From: Rhodosorus marinus CCMP1338
Taxonomy: Eukaryota; Plantae; Rhodophyta
Assembly: GCA_029953675.1 (NCBI GenBank)
Contig: JAMWBK010000004.1
Span: forward strand, 3,100,001 to 3,164,000
Length of the DNA stretch: 64,000 bases
Reading direction: 5' to 3'
Shown: piece by piece, positions 13,360-25,154 of the stretch
Numbering within the stretch: position 1 is the stretch's first letter
Layout: each line of letters opens with the position of its first letter
Notes under the pieces: model-generated
Told to the model about the DNA's origin: nothing
Database searches by the model: none
What the model saw: the letters and a program-made list of their open reading frames with translations, nothing else
Program-made: the position numbers and the translations under genes

Positions 13360-16300
13360 CTACTTTTTGGACTCTCCTATAGAAGTCAGCACGAAGTTTA
13401 CTAGCTGAACAGTGGCATCATCGAACGCCGGCGCGTTGTCTATAGAATGGTTCGATTCCGGGTAGGAGAGGACTCGAACAGTAGTTCCGTTTCGACGCAG
13501 AGCCCTCATCCATTCCATGGATTGCTGAGGGGGAACCCGCAGGTCTTTCTCGCCGACCTGCAGTGTTTGGAGCTGTCGCCGTAAGGGCGTGCTTGATAGA
13601 ACATAATCCAGGAAATCGAATTCTTACCTGAAGCATAGTGGGTGCTTTGACGTTCTCAACGAGTGCTATCGGAGATATGGCAAGCATTTTGGCTAGGTCT
13701 TCAGCGGTAGGGGGTGGTGGGTATGAACCAGGCGCAAACTCTTTGCTTGATGCACTCTCGTAATACGACCATTCAGGGATTTCGGTTCCTCCGGCCTACG
13801 CGAATGGAATGCAAGCAAGGTTTTAAACGCAGAAACACCTAAAGCGTTCCCTCGCCTCTACATACCATTGAGGCTACATTCACAACCGGATTTCTCATGA
13901 CTGCAACCTTGAAAAGGTCTGGCCTCTGGGCTGTTAGATGTGCGCTAAGAAAACCGCCGTAGCTTCCGCCGATCACGCCTACTCGATCTCCATCAACCTG
14001 CTCCGGCGAGAACGCATTGTAGAACGCGGAACGAACAGTTAGTAATATTGAACACTTACGAGAAGGGGGAAGAAGCAACAGCAGGATTGCACGGGTGGCT
14101 TACATTGAACTCTTTAATACACCACTTCACGGCTTCCACACAGTCTTCAACATCGACAACTCCGCAGTTTCCGGGAAGTGCATCCATGTAGTCCTGGCCA
14201 CGGCCAGTTGAGCCCCGGAAGTTGACAAATACAACAGCGATATTCTGGCGAGCTAAGAGCTCGACTAGAACATTGTAAGCGACAAAGCTGGCAGAATGTG
14301 GACCACCATGGGGAAAGCAAAGCAGTGACGCCCTCTTGTCGGACGAACAAGTAGTAGGTTGCACATAGATCGCCTCGTTTCCGCTCTCGAAACGGTGGAC
14401 TTGCCAAGTCAGGGGGGCCTCCTCATGTTCTTCAGTTAAGAAACACCCTCTAAAGTTCGACGCATCCGCAAAATCATTGAACACGGCAAAGTAGAGTCTC
14501 GTCGGAGAGCGAAAGCAACTGGTAGAGAGAACCACGGTGTTGCCAAGGGCAGCTCGTACGCTTGTAGAACCCGCATTCGGAAATTCAATTTTGGTCACTT
14601 TGTTGCAACCGTCGCACTGCGTCACATCGTCGAGAGCATCGAGAAAACAAGAGGCGAGAGAAAAGAAGAGGCAGGTCAGCTGAACACATCAAAGACTCTA
14701 AGCAAAACAAGATGCGATATTCTCACGGCAGTCCTCACATCAACGATCAGGGCATAGGTAAAGCTTCCCCAGCCAGTGTCGAGAATCAAATAGCGACCGG
14801 ATTCATCTAGAAACGGCCTGTGGTCAGTACATTTCCGAGACAACAGAACAAAAGCACCTCCTGTGAGTAGCCATTCGCTCATCTCTTCGGTGATTAAGAA
14901 TCTCCAAGAGAGCTTGGCAACATCTCGCGCCGCACCTGTCAATAAGCGCCTTCCTAAAGTACAAATAGAGACCTGGGTACTCGTCTTCGGATGGGTTCCT
15001 CGGAATATCCAATATGGTTGAGGCCCGCACAGAAGTGATTCCGCTTCCTAGTTCAATGCTTCGGAGCCTCATCGACATGTTGTGAGCAAGAGTCGGTGGG
15101 CTGCTCACGAAGACAAGTCCACGGCCGTTTGGGCAGAACCGCGCACAGAGGACGTTGTAGTCACAGCCATTAGTGCTCGTGACTGGAATCGGATCTGCCT
15201 TCAGGTTTCCATCTTTTTGCCAAGCAAGTAAAGAGGCTCAAGCGTCAGCGGCGGCCCAAAGTGCCTCTCGAAGAACTGAGCCGTAGTAGCCATCCTTTTC
15301 TCCACATCAAGTCCTGTCTGGCGTGTCTCACCTGCGAAGTCTTGCCTTGGTAAAACATACAGTATGCTGGGCCTATTGAAGCTGTAATACATTCCCATGG
15401 GGGATTCTTCTCCGAATGGTTCTGCGAAGACAAAGCATAGGAGCTGTGCAGCTGCGTTGTACTGCACATCCTTGACGTCTTTGTCCGGAGTATTCCCCCC
15501 CAACCGTCTTAATCGACCATCAGTAAGATTGAGAACATGCAGCCTTGGCGATGCCTATGCAGGAGTCAGATTAATGACAACGAGTTTTGCTGGTGAAATT
15601 CGAGCAAAAACCCTCGGTCTTCGCTGGTCGGATACTATGGAAGCTGGAGATCTGGAACCCATACCTTCTTCGGGAATTTTTCACCCAAGTCCTCAATTTT
15701 TTGGTATTCGTCCAGTGTACCACTGTCAATAACTGCTGCACCAGAGCTTGCGTTCGACGACGGCTTGTTTTTTGCAGGTGCTGCGGAGTACCTATAAAGC
15801 ATTTAAAAGACGGAGAGCTCTTAGATCACTTAGCATGAGCTGCGCGAATAAGTAATGCTTCTGATAGTGTTGGCACCGAGGACTGCTCACAGTAGCTCAT
15901 CGCCAATAAACGCATGGCAACCGAAAATATCGTCAGAGAAAACGTCTCCATGGATCTCTTGTGTCTTGACTACTTTCTCGAGAAAACTTTCGTTCCATAT
16001 TTCGAGGTGATTTTCGAAGAACCTCACAGTGCGCCTACCGTACCAAAAGCGAATTGCCACCGCAACAAATCTGTCAGCTTTATGAGCCCGGTCTAAGACA
16101 AGGAGAAAGCAACATGGAATCCCGAGTCGCATTTGCTTACGGTTTTGTCACGTCCTGTTGGACGTACTCAGCAACGTAGCTAGTTTCAATAGGTGGAAAC
16201 TGAGCGACAACGTTAGCGCCTCCCCCAGTTGGCAGTTCAATAACGGACTGCTTAACAAATTTGCGGACTTTTCCCAACAAAGCATCCCTCTGACTCCAGA

Positions 16301-16555
16301 GCGATGTAGAAACTATTCGGCCGTCCTCATTTCGTCCTGGGAATACACGCAAGATCGCCTTGAGTTCCCAATCACGAGCACATTAGGTTTCAAGTCATGG
16401 CAACAAGGCGCACTCAATCGTATACTTGAGCAATCCACGGCTCGGTGGAGGAGTTGCTGATATTCATCTCCGATCTTCGTCACCACTGTATTCTTCTTCT
16501 CGTTGGCTGGCCCAGTCGCCATCGCGAAACAGACTCCCAAATTGGTAGCGCCCAT
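13360..16555 (-). CDS. APEH: Acylamino-acid-releasing enzyme (prolyl oligopeptidase family S9C), multi-exon
   Basis: Exons encode SLWSQRD, EIWNES...HGDVFSDDIFG, FPHGGPHS, VNFRGSTGRGQ, nucleophile GGSYGG, RNPVVN, ISPIALVENVKAPTMLQVGEKDLRVP (catalytic Asp) and YPESNHSID (catalytic His). Start codon uncertain (16555 or 16522). Confidence 0.92.
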
Positions 16556-17721
16556 CAACTCCTCGCCGAGAGAACGCAGTCCAAGAAAGCTCGCCGCCTT
16601 CCCCGCACTCAACTGCGTTCTGCCAACCAAGTACGTCACGTTTACGTCTCTCGTTCACAACGATGGTGCGGATGATTTCATGGATACGCAAGCAGTCTGG
16701 TCCGATGCGGACTGAAATTCGGGCATCCAGCAGCATAGCATTCACAGTGAGACTCGTGTTTGACTCGGGTGAACCCTACGCGCGGTTCAGCCCATGAGGT
16801 GAGCAAGAAGCGCGAGCTCCAGTCGAAGGTCTACCTACATGACTCCATGTTTTGGCTTGATCCGTAATAAGGAAGCGAAGATCTGACAAATAGAGCGCTT
16901 GCCCGCTCTTAACCATGTCTACTAAGGGTCCCGCAACGTGAAACCTGTTCCAAACCATCCATTGTCCAAAATAAGGAATTTAATTGAGGTCGAGTATCTG
17001 AGAATTCAGTACTCACTCACAACACGGGATACCAACGCTTCAATGATGGGGCCGAGTTTTCGCAATTCCTTGGCTATTCTTGTTTTCTATTCTTGTCAAT
17101 GTTAGTAGTGTACAGTTTCCAGACCTATGCTCATACAGCAAGATCTGAGTCATGCTCTCGACTCTACCGAACGGAAGGTCCCCTAATCGGTTTTCGGCCC
17201 CTACAGATGGTGTTGAGGGGGGGTGGGTGGCCTCGGGATGCTAGAGGAGACGATGTGCGTGGTACCGATGGGCACTACTGTGCTGGGGTCGATACGCTGT
17301 TTCCTTGCCTCCGGTACTGCTCCCAATCGCCTGTACTCGCTAGTTGCTTGATCTTTTCCAAGAATTGCTCTTCACGCTTAAGGGCGAATCCTGTTGTAGT
17401 AGAGCATTGTTTCATCCGATCAACATTTGTTCCGGGTACTTTGAGCATTGTCTTCGGTCATCAGGTAAAACGCGGAAGGACATCCGTTTTGGCTCACCTT
17501 TGTCGGCCTCAATTATCTTCAAAAACTCAGTCATATCCTTTGTTCTCCCGGATCCTAGCGTGCGAAGGGAGCCAGGGTAAGCAACGGTAGTTGGCTCTTC
17601 ATCACCGGCAAGCGGTCTTAAGCGTGATACGTACGTAGTTTGACGGATAAATATGTGAGAATAGAGGACCGGCTATTCAAGGAAATGTCCTGTCACAGAG
17701 AATCAAAGCCGCGAACTCCCG

Positions 17722-19153
17722 TTAGATGCGGATTTTAGGCGGTAGGCTCTGGATCAGCGAAGCAATGAGTTGCGTCTGCTCCGAAATCGAAAAAGACTGC
17801 CGATAGCATGCTACCCTACGATGTGACTAGGAGGATTGTTCGAAGATTCTTGAAACATATCTATGTAAGACTTACTCCGGGTTCCTAGAAAACAGTGCAA
17901 GAAAAAAGGACAAAGACAAATTAATCGAAGAGTTCAGGGTTTACTCGCTTGAGTGTTGCGGAACCCTGTTCCACTCCCGACCGACTCGTTTGAGATAGCA
18001 AGCATACCTTAGCGGAAAGGCTCTTTGCAAGCTGAAGCGCCATTTCATCATCTCCCCCTTCTGCGAAAGCTTGTGTGAATTTGGTGACGGATCTCATGCT
18101 CAACGGAAGTTTTCTCTCCAAGGACAGAGCAAACCACTACATTTCACGGTCAACATATTGAGTTTATGATCCATGCTACAAGTCAAAAGGGTTTTTAGAT
18201 TTGCGGTTGACTCTCACCTTCCTGCTTCGGCTTGGGTCTCTATTGGATCGCACGTCGTGCAGGGCTATGATCGCGTACTGTTCAGATGTGGGAACGAAAC
18301 CTACCTTCTCTCCAAACTTCAGTATGTTCACCGCAAACTTGAGAAGTGGAAAGGAAAATGTGAGAGTAAGATGGGAGGTAGCTGATCAACACTCTGGTTC
18401 CCGTCGTACAGTCGATTCTGCGCTTCTAACAGCCGTCGCGAAAGGAATCTTCCGTTGAAAAATTAACGGGGGATCTCAGGAAATACTCACGTCGTAGAGC
18501 TCTAGCCGCAAAGCAGCAAGGAAGACCTCTGTGCTGAAGATCCCGACTTCAACACTATTCCGGCGAAGTCGATTGAACATTTGGAGTGACTCCTCAAATT
18601 CTTCCCGTGTCTTCACTGCTTTGAATGCGCACTGCATTAAATGCGGAACTCGCCCTTCTCTAGCCACGTACTTCACCTGGTTTTCTGACGCCTCCTGTAC
18701 CAGCGGACAACGAACATAAAAAGCCACACAAAGCGGGAAAGGGATAGATACCTTCGTGTTCAGGTGACAGTCGTATGGATACGTACATTTGCTAACTGGA
18801 CAAAAGTTAATGAGTGATCTTACGGTAAGACTGCAACGGATGTTCAACAAATGCAGAAATTTTCCTGTGGGGACACCCTTGATCGGCTTCATATATTTTT
18901 TGCGGGGCCTGACTACATGGTCCGGTACATCATCTCGCTCTTCCGGCACGATCTGGAAAGTATCATGAAGCACTCTCCCTTCACGCTGCACCCATCCTAG
19001 CGTCTCCATTCCCAGGTTCTTCCTCGCTTCCTGCTCCTCTCTGTATATGTTTCTTTTTATTCTATGGTAGTCCCTGCTTTCATATCGCTTCTTACGCAGT
19101 AGAAACCGCGCTGCGGTGACTACCCGAGAAAACCTGATTGCAGACGTTCTCAT
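17722..19153 (-). CDS. Hypothetical helical-repeat (PPR-like) protein with mitochondrial-type presequence, multi-exon
   Basis: A long open exon starts MRTSAIRFSRVVTAARFLLRKKR (Arg-rich, no acidic residues). Further GT-AG-linked exons (FAVNILKFGEKVGFVPT..., WFALSLERKLPLSMRSVTKFTQAFAEGG...) have amphipathic-helix character. The 3' end is uncertain and the family is not recognised. Confidence 0.55.
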
Positions 19154-20422
19154 ATTTTCCCACAGACCTTCTCCACTCCTTAGTCCACCAAACAAAAAGG
19201 AGAAAATTCGAAACCCAGATTCACCCTCCTGTCCACCTCCCGAACCTTTGCCGTAGCTGGACTCGTCCTGTCCAGGCCCTAAGTCCAATCCACACTTTCG
19301 TTTACCACCACCTCCAAACGAGTCTCTTCCGATAGCGATGAAGTCGAGTCCCTCATTCTGCTCTCCATCTACGCACAAGGAAATAGGGGATTCTGACCGG
19401 TTTCCCCCTGATGAAGGAAAACTCAGCCATCTGCAGACCCAAGCACGGCCACGACAATCTCTGGGAATCTCTTCCGGTGCTGATTGGAGTTGGTGTGGGT
19501 ATGAGCCGGCGCCTTAGCACTCTAACCTTGGAAAGCCGTGGTTAGGATGTTAAAAGGTCATTTCGTTTCGCAGGTGATTTTAGCTCTTCTTAAGCGAGGT
19601 GCCAAGCTCTGGCTTGTAAAGCAGCCAGAATTGCTGGGGCCTCAAGTTCGTCTGCTTGCCGTAATAAAATGGCACCGAGACTTACACCGCTTGAACCAGA
19701 AACTCCTACTTAGACGGTACTAGGCTCAAAGCAGGCCTCCAACAAGACGTGTTACTGTCTTACGTTGAACGAACCCGGCTTTCGGGTTCGGCCTTTCAAG
19801 ACAACCGTCCCCTGGTGTGGACAGTTCCTGATCAGCGAGATGGGGATTTGGATGGACGGTGTCGTCTCAAGTTATCTTGCAACGGCCACAGTTGCGTTCG
19901 AGCTATTCAGTTGCCTACAGAGGTTGTATGTGCTTATGGGTTGGCGATTTGGACAGAGCTGAAACTACCCCATCCGCAATAATGGGAGATGGGATCGCCC
20001 CAACTGATTCACGGCTGTCCAGGAAGAGGCCCGTTAATTCTCAAAGAAATCCATTGGAAAACATCACGATCGGTATACAAAGTTTACACGATTAGGACTG
20101 GGAACCTTCCGGTGCTGGTGCTCAAATCTGCTCCCCAGGTGCACTCAAATGCAACTCTGGGTTGTACCTTCTACGAACGCGGAAGCACCATCTAGAACAG
20201 CCTTCCTACTGCTCGCAACCTCCGTCACACGTTCAAGGGAACCCACTCGTGCATCTACGAGAAACTACACCTGAGCACTTACACGGCAGCTAAACCGGAA
20301 GGCAACAGCTTTCTGCTTCTTACGATGACAGATAGACCTCGCTTCCGACGCGTTAGTAAGCACAACAGGCGTGTTTTGCGTTGCTTTCTGTACTGCGCAT
20401 GGGGAGCACGAACCTCACAATA

Positions 20423-21802
20423 CTAGTTTTCAGGGCTAGTGATTCCGTTGCTTGAAAACCTCTTCACAGAACTTCTTATCCTATCGTAGTACGGTGTCGC
20501 AGCGGGGAGATACTTAACCAACAACCCCTGAATTGCACCATCAAGCTGGCCCCATGCAGCACGTGAGTATGCAGAAGCTTGATATCGGACCTGCAGAAAG
20601 TTGCTATAGCCGAAAAGCATGAATAGGCCTCTCGCCCCTCTGAGAACAAGCACCGCGTGATGATGAGCGACTAGGGTACTCCGCAGCATCTTTCGTGTTC
20701 GAAGCTAAGGACCAATCATACGTACCTCGAGAAACCTGTGACGATCAAATAAATGGAGAGAAATATCTCATACTTTGCAACTGTCAAGACAAGCGCCGGC
20801 CCAGACCTCAAGACCGTCTGAAGTCGGTTCCCGAGCTCAAACCTCTCCAGGATGCTCGGAGAATTTCCAGACAACCACCGATGTAGCTCCCGCACAGAAT
20901 TTACAGCGGAGAAAATAATGATTGGCATTAAGCAAACTGGAGAGGAAGTGACTCAGTTGGTGATCGACTATGAGGACAAGCTTGAAAGAGAGATAGAGTC
21001 TTTCCCTTGGGCTCTGAATACCTTGCACATTTGGTGATTCAAAAAAAATCGTACAGTACATCAGGTAGTGGAGGTCGTCACAAGCAAGTACCTTCGACAG
21101 GTACTCCTTGTTCAACCGAGGCCTCTTTGTTCGCAAAAATCCAAAAAAAGGACACACCTTGAGTGATTCTTGATTGCTGTATATTCACAGGCGGCATGGT
21201 TTCACGAGATCCAGCTACCCCGACCACTCTTAACAATGACATGGTAAATGATAGCATCGCCACGAAGAGCGCCCTCGATACTCGCTTCCCGCTGTCTGGC
21301 AATATAATTGCGACGATTCCGAGGAGAAACGTGCCGACGTTCAAAACCATTCGCAGCTGTGCCTTCTCCACAATCCTGAGTGAAAATAATGACGACCAAG
21401 CGATGCATTAGCTTCCATCCCGTTCATTGATGTGTTCCTTTGGTCTGTAGGATAGGATATCAGTCATCTGAGGCAGGGATTCGCTTACTTCTCGAAAACA
21501 GATGGTCCGCTGCTCGAGGCCGACGTCGCTGGTCGCAAACTCGATGCCTGTGGGCTAGAGGAACTTGCGCCAGTTGCATCGTGTCTCCGCGACGTAGGTG
21601 AGCTCCCCTTTGAAGCTGGGGGCTCACGTGGCAAGTTCGCGTCAATCCTTTGCCGAAAATATCGCCTACGCAACGTCGTCTCGACATCCCCTGACGATGC
21701 TACAGTGCTGTCGAACCTCGATCTGTACTCCACAAACTCCTCGTCCGCAGCGAAATCATAGGTAATAAACTGCGCTTCCGCTTCTTCCTCTACGCTAGCC
21801 AT
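20423..21802 (-). CDS. TMEM33: TMEM33/Pom33 (UPF0121) family ER/nuclear-envelope membrane protein, plant-type N-terminus, multi-exon
   Basis: Exons encode FITYDFAADEEFVEY...RRRYFRQRID, hydrophobic segments, DDLHYLMYCTIF and FGYSNFLQVRYQASAYSRAAW, matching the TMEM33 pattern. Confidence 0.75.
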
Positions 21803-22296
21803 CTAGTCAACTAAGATCTCAGTTAAGAACCTGACATATGACTCCTGAAAAAAATCTCTAGCTGCGCTGGCCTCACCAGAGAACTTGTGTACAACCATAC
21901 GGCACTGTTTCTCTCACACATGGCTGCGGGCGTGCAGCACATAGAATTTACAAAGATAGGCCAGATCGGGGCATGGCTAACTATGGTAGACGCTGGGGAG
22001 GTATGGGAGCGGCAACGATTTGCAGGCGAGATATGGTTGGGCGTGTTTTCACGCGGATAGCCGCTCACAAGCAGAAGCTTTAATCTCCGGTTGCAGCGCT
22101 ATGGCAGAATCAAGAAACCCATGCAAGCCACAGGGCTCAAGATGTTTTGCGATTCTATTCTTGATTGGTAATTTTCGAAGACATCCATAGTGAGTCGAAG
22201 GCTCTTGGCGACAAGTTCCTATACATAGGACTCGGGCTGGCTGACTTTCCGGCGTGTTCAAAAGCGCGAGCGACGAATCTGAATTCCGCAGTCGTT

Positions 22297-22620
22297 GGCT
22301 GTTATCTAATCTAATGCAAGGCAAAATCGAAGGGCCTCTTCCAGTGGACCGAGAGAACATTGCCGGAAGAATATCTCCAAACGCAACTTAGTATTGCCAA
22401 ATCAGCTCAGCAGTTTAGCACTTCATACAAGACTAATAATTGTCGTCATCGAACAGGGCTGTTATCTCATCTAATGCAAGGCAAAATCGAAGGGCCTCTT
22501 CCAGTGGACCGAGAGAACATTGCGCAGCCGGAAGAATATCTCCAAACGCAACTTAGTATTGCCAAATCAGCTCAGCAGTTTAGCACTTCATACAAGACTA
22601 ATAATTGTCGTCATCGAACA
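22297..22620. repeat. Tandem duplication of ~160 bp covering the last codons, stop and 3' flank of the ABC-F gene
   Basis: Copy 1 is 22297-22455 (159 bp) and copy 2 is 22457-22620 (164 bp). They are identical except one substitution (tatctAatc/tatctCatc) and a 5-nt indel (gcagc). Confidence 0.97.
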
Positions 22621-25039
22621 TATTGTGCGTCCCATTAATCAGACCGAGCTCAGCCATCTCCATGGCGAGTTGCTTTCTATATTCGTTGAAGTCTCCGTTG
22701 AATACTTCAACGGACCCCGGTTTTGAGCTTGTGCCTTTCGTACAAACCCAGATTTCCTCCGCGACGAGCGAGATTAGTCTTTCGTCGTGGCTAACAAGCA
22801 CAGCTCCTCCTTCAAAGCTGCGTTTCAGATAGGAGCAAGAGCGCGTTAGACTGATTGTAAAACAAGCCTCGACGGAAACCGCTCATATACACTGAAGGGC
22901 ACTACCGTTTCCGCAGTGAAATCTCAACTTACCGCATGATGGACCACGCGAGACTTTCAATGGTTTCAATGTCGAGATGATTTGTAGGTTCATCAAAAAG
23001 CATAATATGAGGTTGTTTGTAGGCCATCTCGGCGAAAGCCACACGCGATTTCTGTCCACCGGATAGAATTTTGATCGGCGTAATAGCTAGATTTCCGGAT
23101 AGTCCAAACTGGCCAAGGTGCTGCAGGTCCGCAGCGGCAACGTGATGCGCGTTAGTAAGCCTATCGAGCCAAATTGCGTACAGGGCGGAGCAATCACATC
23201 AACAACGAGCAAACGAAGTGGATCCCTGCTTACCCTCCTGAAGTTTCCCTCCGGGATGTCCGGCCACAATGATCTCATGTGCTGTAGAGGTGTTTTATTC
23301 AGATCCAACATGTCGACGTGGTGCTGTGAAAACTTCGCGAGACGCAGCTTTGGATGTCGAGAAATCCAGCCTTCGACTGGTAGGATCTCCCCATTCAGCA
23401 GTTTCAGCATTGTTGATTTTCCTGCTCCGTTTTTCCCCACGATTGCCACTCTCGAGTCCGTGTCAACACCAAAATTAACCTGCTCATAGAGAATCGGGCC
23501 CGTGGTGTATCCGAACGAAACCTCGGACACGGAAATGCATGGCGGGGGTAAATGCCCAGGATCTGGGAACTCGAGCCTCAAGTACGGATCATCATAGTCC
23601 ATATCTTCCATTCTACCCTCCAGTTTCGTAAGCATCTTCATTCTTGCTTGAGCCTGTCTGGCCATTTTCTTGTGCCCATTTCTGAACTTGCCGATGAAGT
23701 CTTGCAAATGCTTCTTCTGACGCATTTGATAATCATGCACAGCCGCTGCGTGTTTCCGATGCTCAGCACGGACACGGATGAACGTATCATAATTGCCACC
23801 GTAGTAAGTAAGCCTCTGCCGGTGCAGATGAATAGTGTCCTGAGTAACTTTGTTCAGAAAGCCGCGGTCATGCGACACAATAATAACCGTGCGTTCCCAC
23901 TCAAGCAAGAACTCTTCCAACCAAGTCAATGCGACTACGTCAAGGTGATTGGTGGGTTCATCCAGCAAGAGCAAATCCGGTTCACAAAAAAGAGCCTGAG
24001 CTAGAGCTACCCGCATCCTCCAACCTCCAGAATACTCGTTGGTTGGCTTGTTCATCATCTCTTGATCGAAGCCTAAACCTGTGAGAATGGTGCTTGCTCT
24101 TGTTTCCGCCGCGTCCGAATCAATCTCTTGCAGCCTTAAGTACACTTCTTCCAGTTCCGTACCCGCGTCGCCCGACTTCTCATTGCTCAAGTCCTTCTCT
24201 TCTTTAAGCAACCACTCTCTTTCCTCGTCTCCCAGGAGCACGGTTTGCAGAACAGTTTTCTCTGTGCCCTAAGGTTTCGAAGAAAGCAGGAACACTTGAG
24301 AACTCTCTCCAGCCGATGTGGCCTTTTTAGGTCAGAAGAAGGACGTTTATATCCTCACCGCGCATTCCTGTTCCACGAATATAATATTAACATTTTCGGG
24401 GATGGGAATCTCCCTGTTGTACAACGCACGCAAGAGCGTGGACTTGCCTACTCCGTTTCGACCAATTAGACCGTATCTGGGGTGACAAGCAAAGAAGGAG
24501 GACCTCAGAACAACCGACGAGACCTGATTGCTGGCCAATTTGCAAAGCTTGCTCACTTTCTGCCGTACGCTAAAGTGAGCGTGCTGTTTCGTAAAATTTC
24601 AAGCTTTCCAACTTGGATATTGATCATTTCGCAGTGTAAATCCTTAACTATATGCGCGTTCTTTTCTCGAATCGGGCCGGACCGTGGTCGGAATCCCTGT
24701 TGCAAAGAAACAAACACAGACAAAGTCAGTATTGGTAATAACGTTAAGCACAACAAGAACCTAGGATTTGAAACAAGAAACAGGTTCAATAACTTCTCTC
24801 CTCAACAGGCAGCATCTTACCGCTTCTCTTTCCCTTTCCCGAATTCCGACTCTCCCGGCTTCCCCGCGGCCGTTTCCGTTTTCCAGACCATTTCCATCTC
24901 CATTCAGCTCACCAATTGCGCCGTTTTCTCCTCTTCCCTTCTCCTCCTCGAGCCTCTTGAGCTCAGCTTCTTTTCGCTTCTTCTCCTCTGCTTTCCTCTG
25001 TTTCTCGAGGAACTTCTTTGACTTGTTCGCTGGCGCCAT
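22598..25039 (-). CDS. Cytosolic ABC-F family ATPase (GCN20/ABCF3-like), multi-exon
   Basis: Two ABC domains and no transmembrane segments: [42 protein letters not shown], then [16 protein letters not shown] and LVSHDERLI. The N-terminus is Lys/Glu-rich. Confidence 0.93.
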
Positions 25040-25131
25040 TTTCGTGTTGGGAACGAACTCTACTAGCCCCTCACTGCAAGATTCTCTCAGCTGATCAACG
25101 ACCAGTTCTCGCGTTTCTGACACTGATCTCT

Positions 25132-25154
25132 CCTCCCCTCGCTCCCTCCCCCCC
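25132..25154 (-). promoter_or_regulatory. G-quadruplex-compatible G-tract ~95 nt upstream of the cytosolic ABC-F start
   Basis: The minus strand reads GGGGGGG-A-GGG-AGCGA-GGGG-A-GG. A further G12 run lies near 25269-25280. Function is inferred only. Confidence 0.35.

Noticed and set aside
19400-20200. Short plus-strand ORFs between the PPR-like gene and TMEM33
   Set aside because: No start/splice model or family similarity could be supported.
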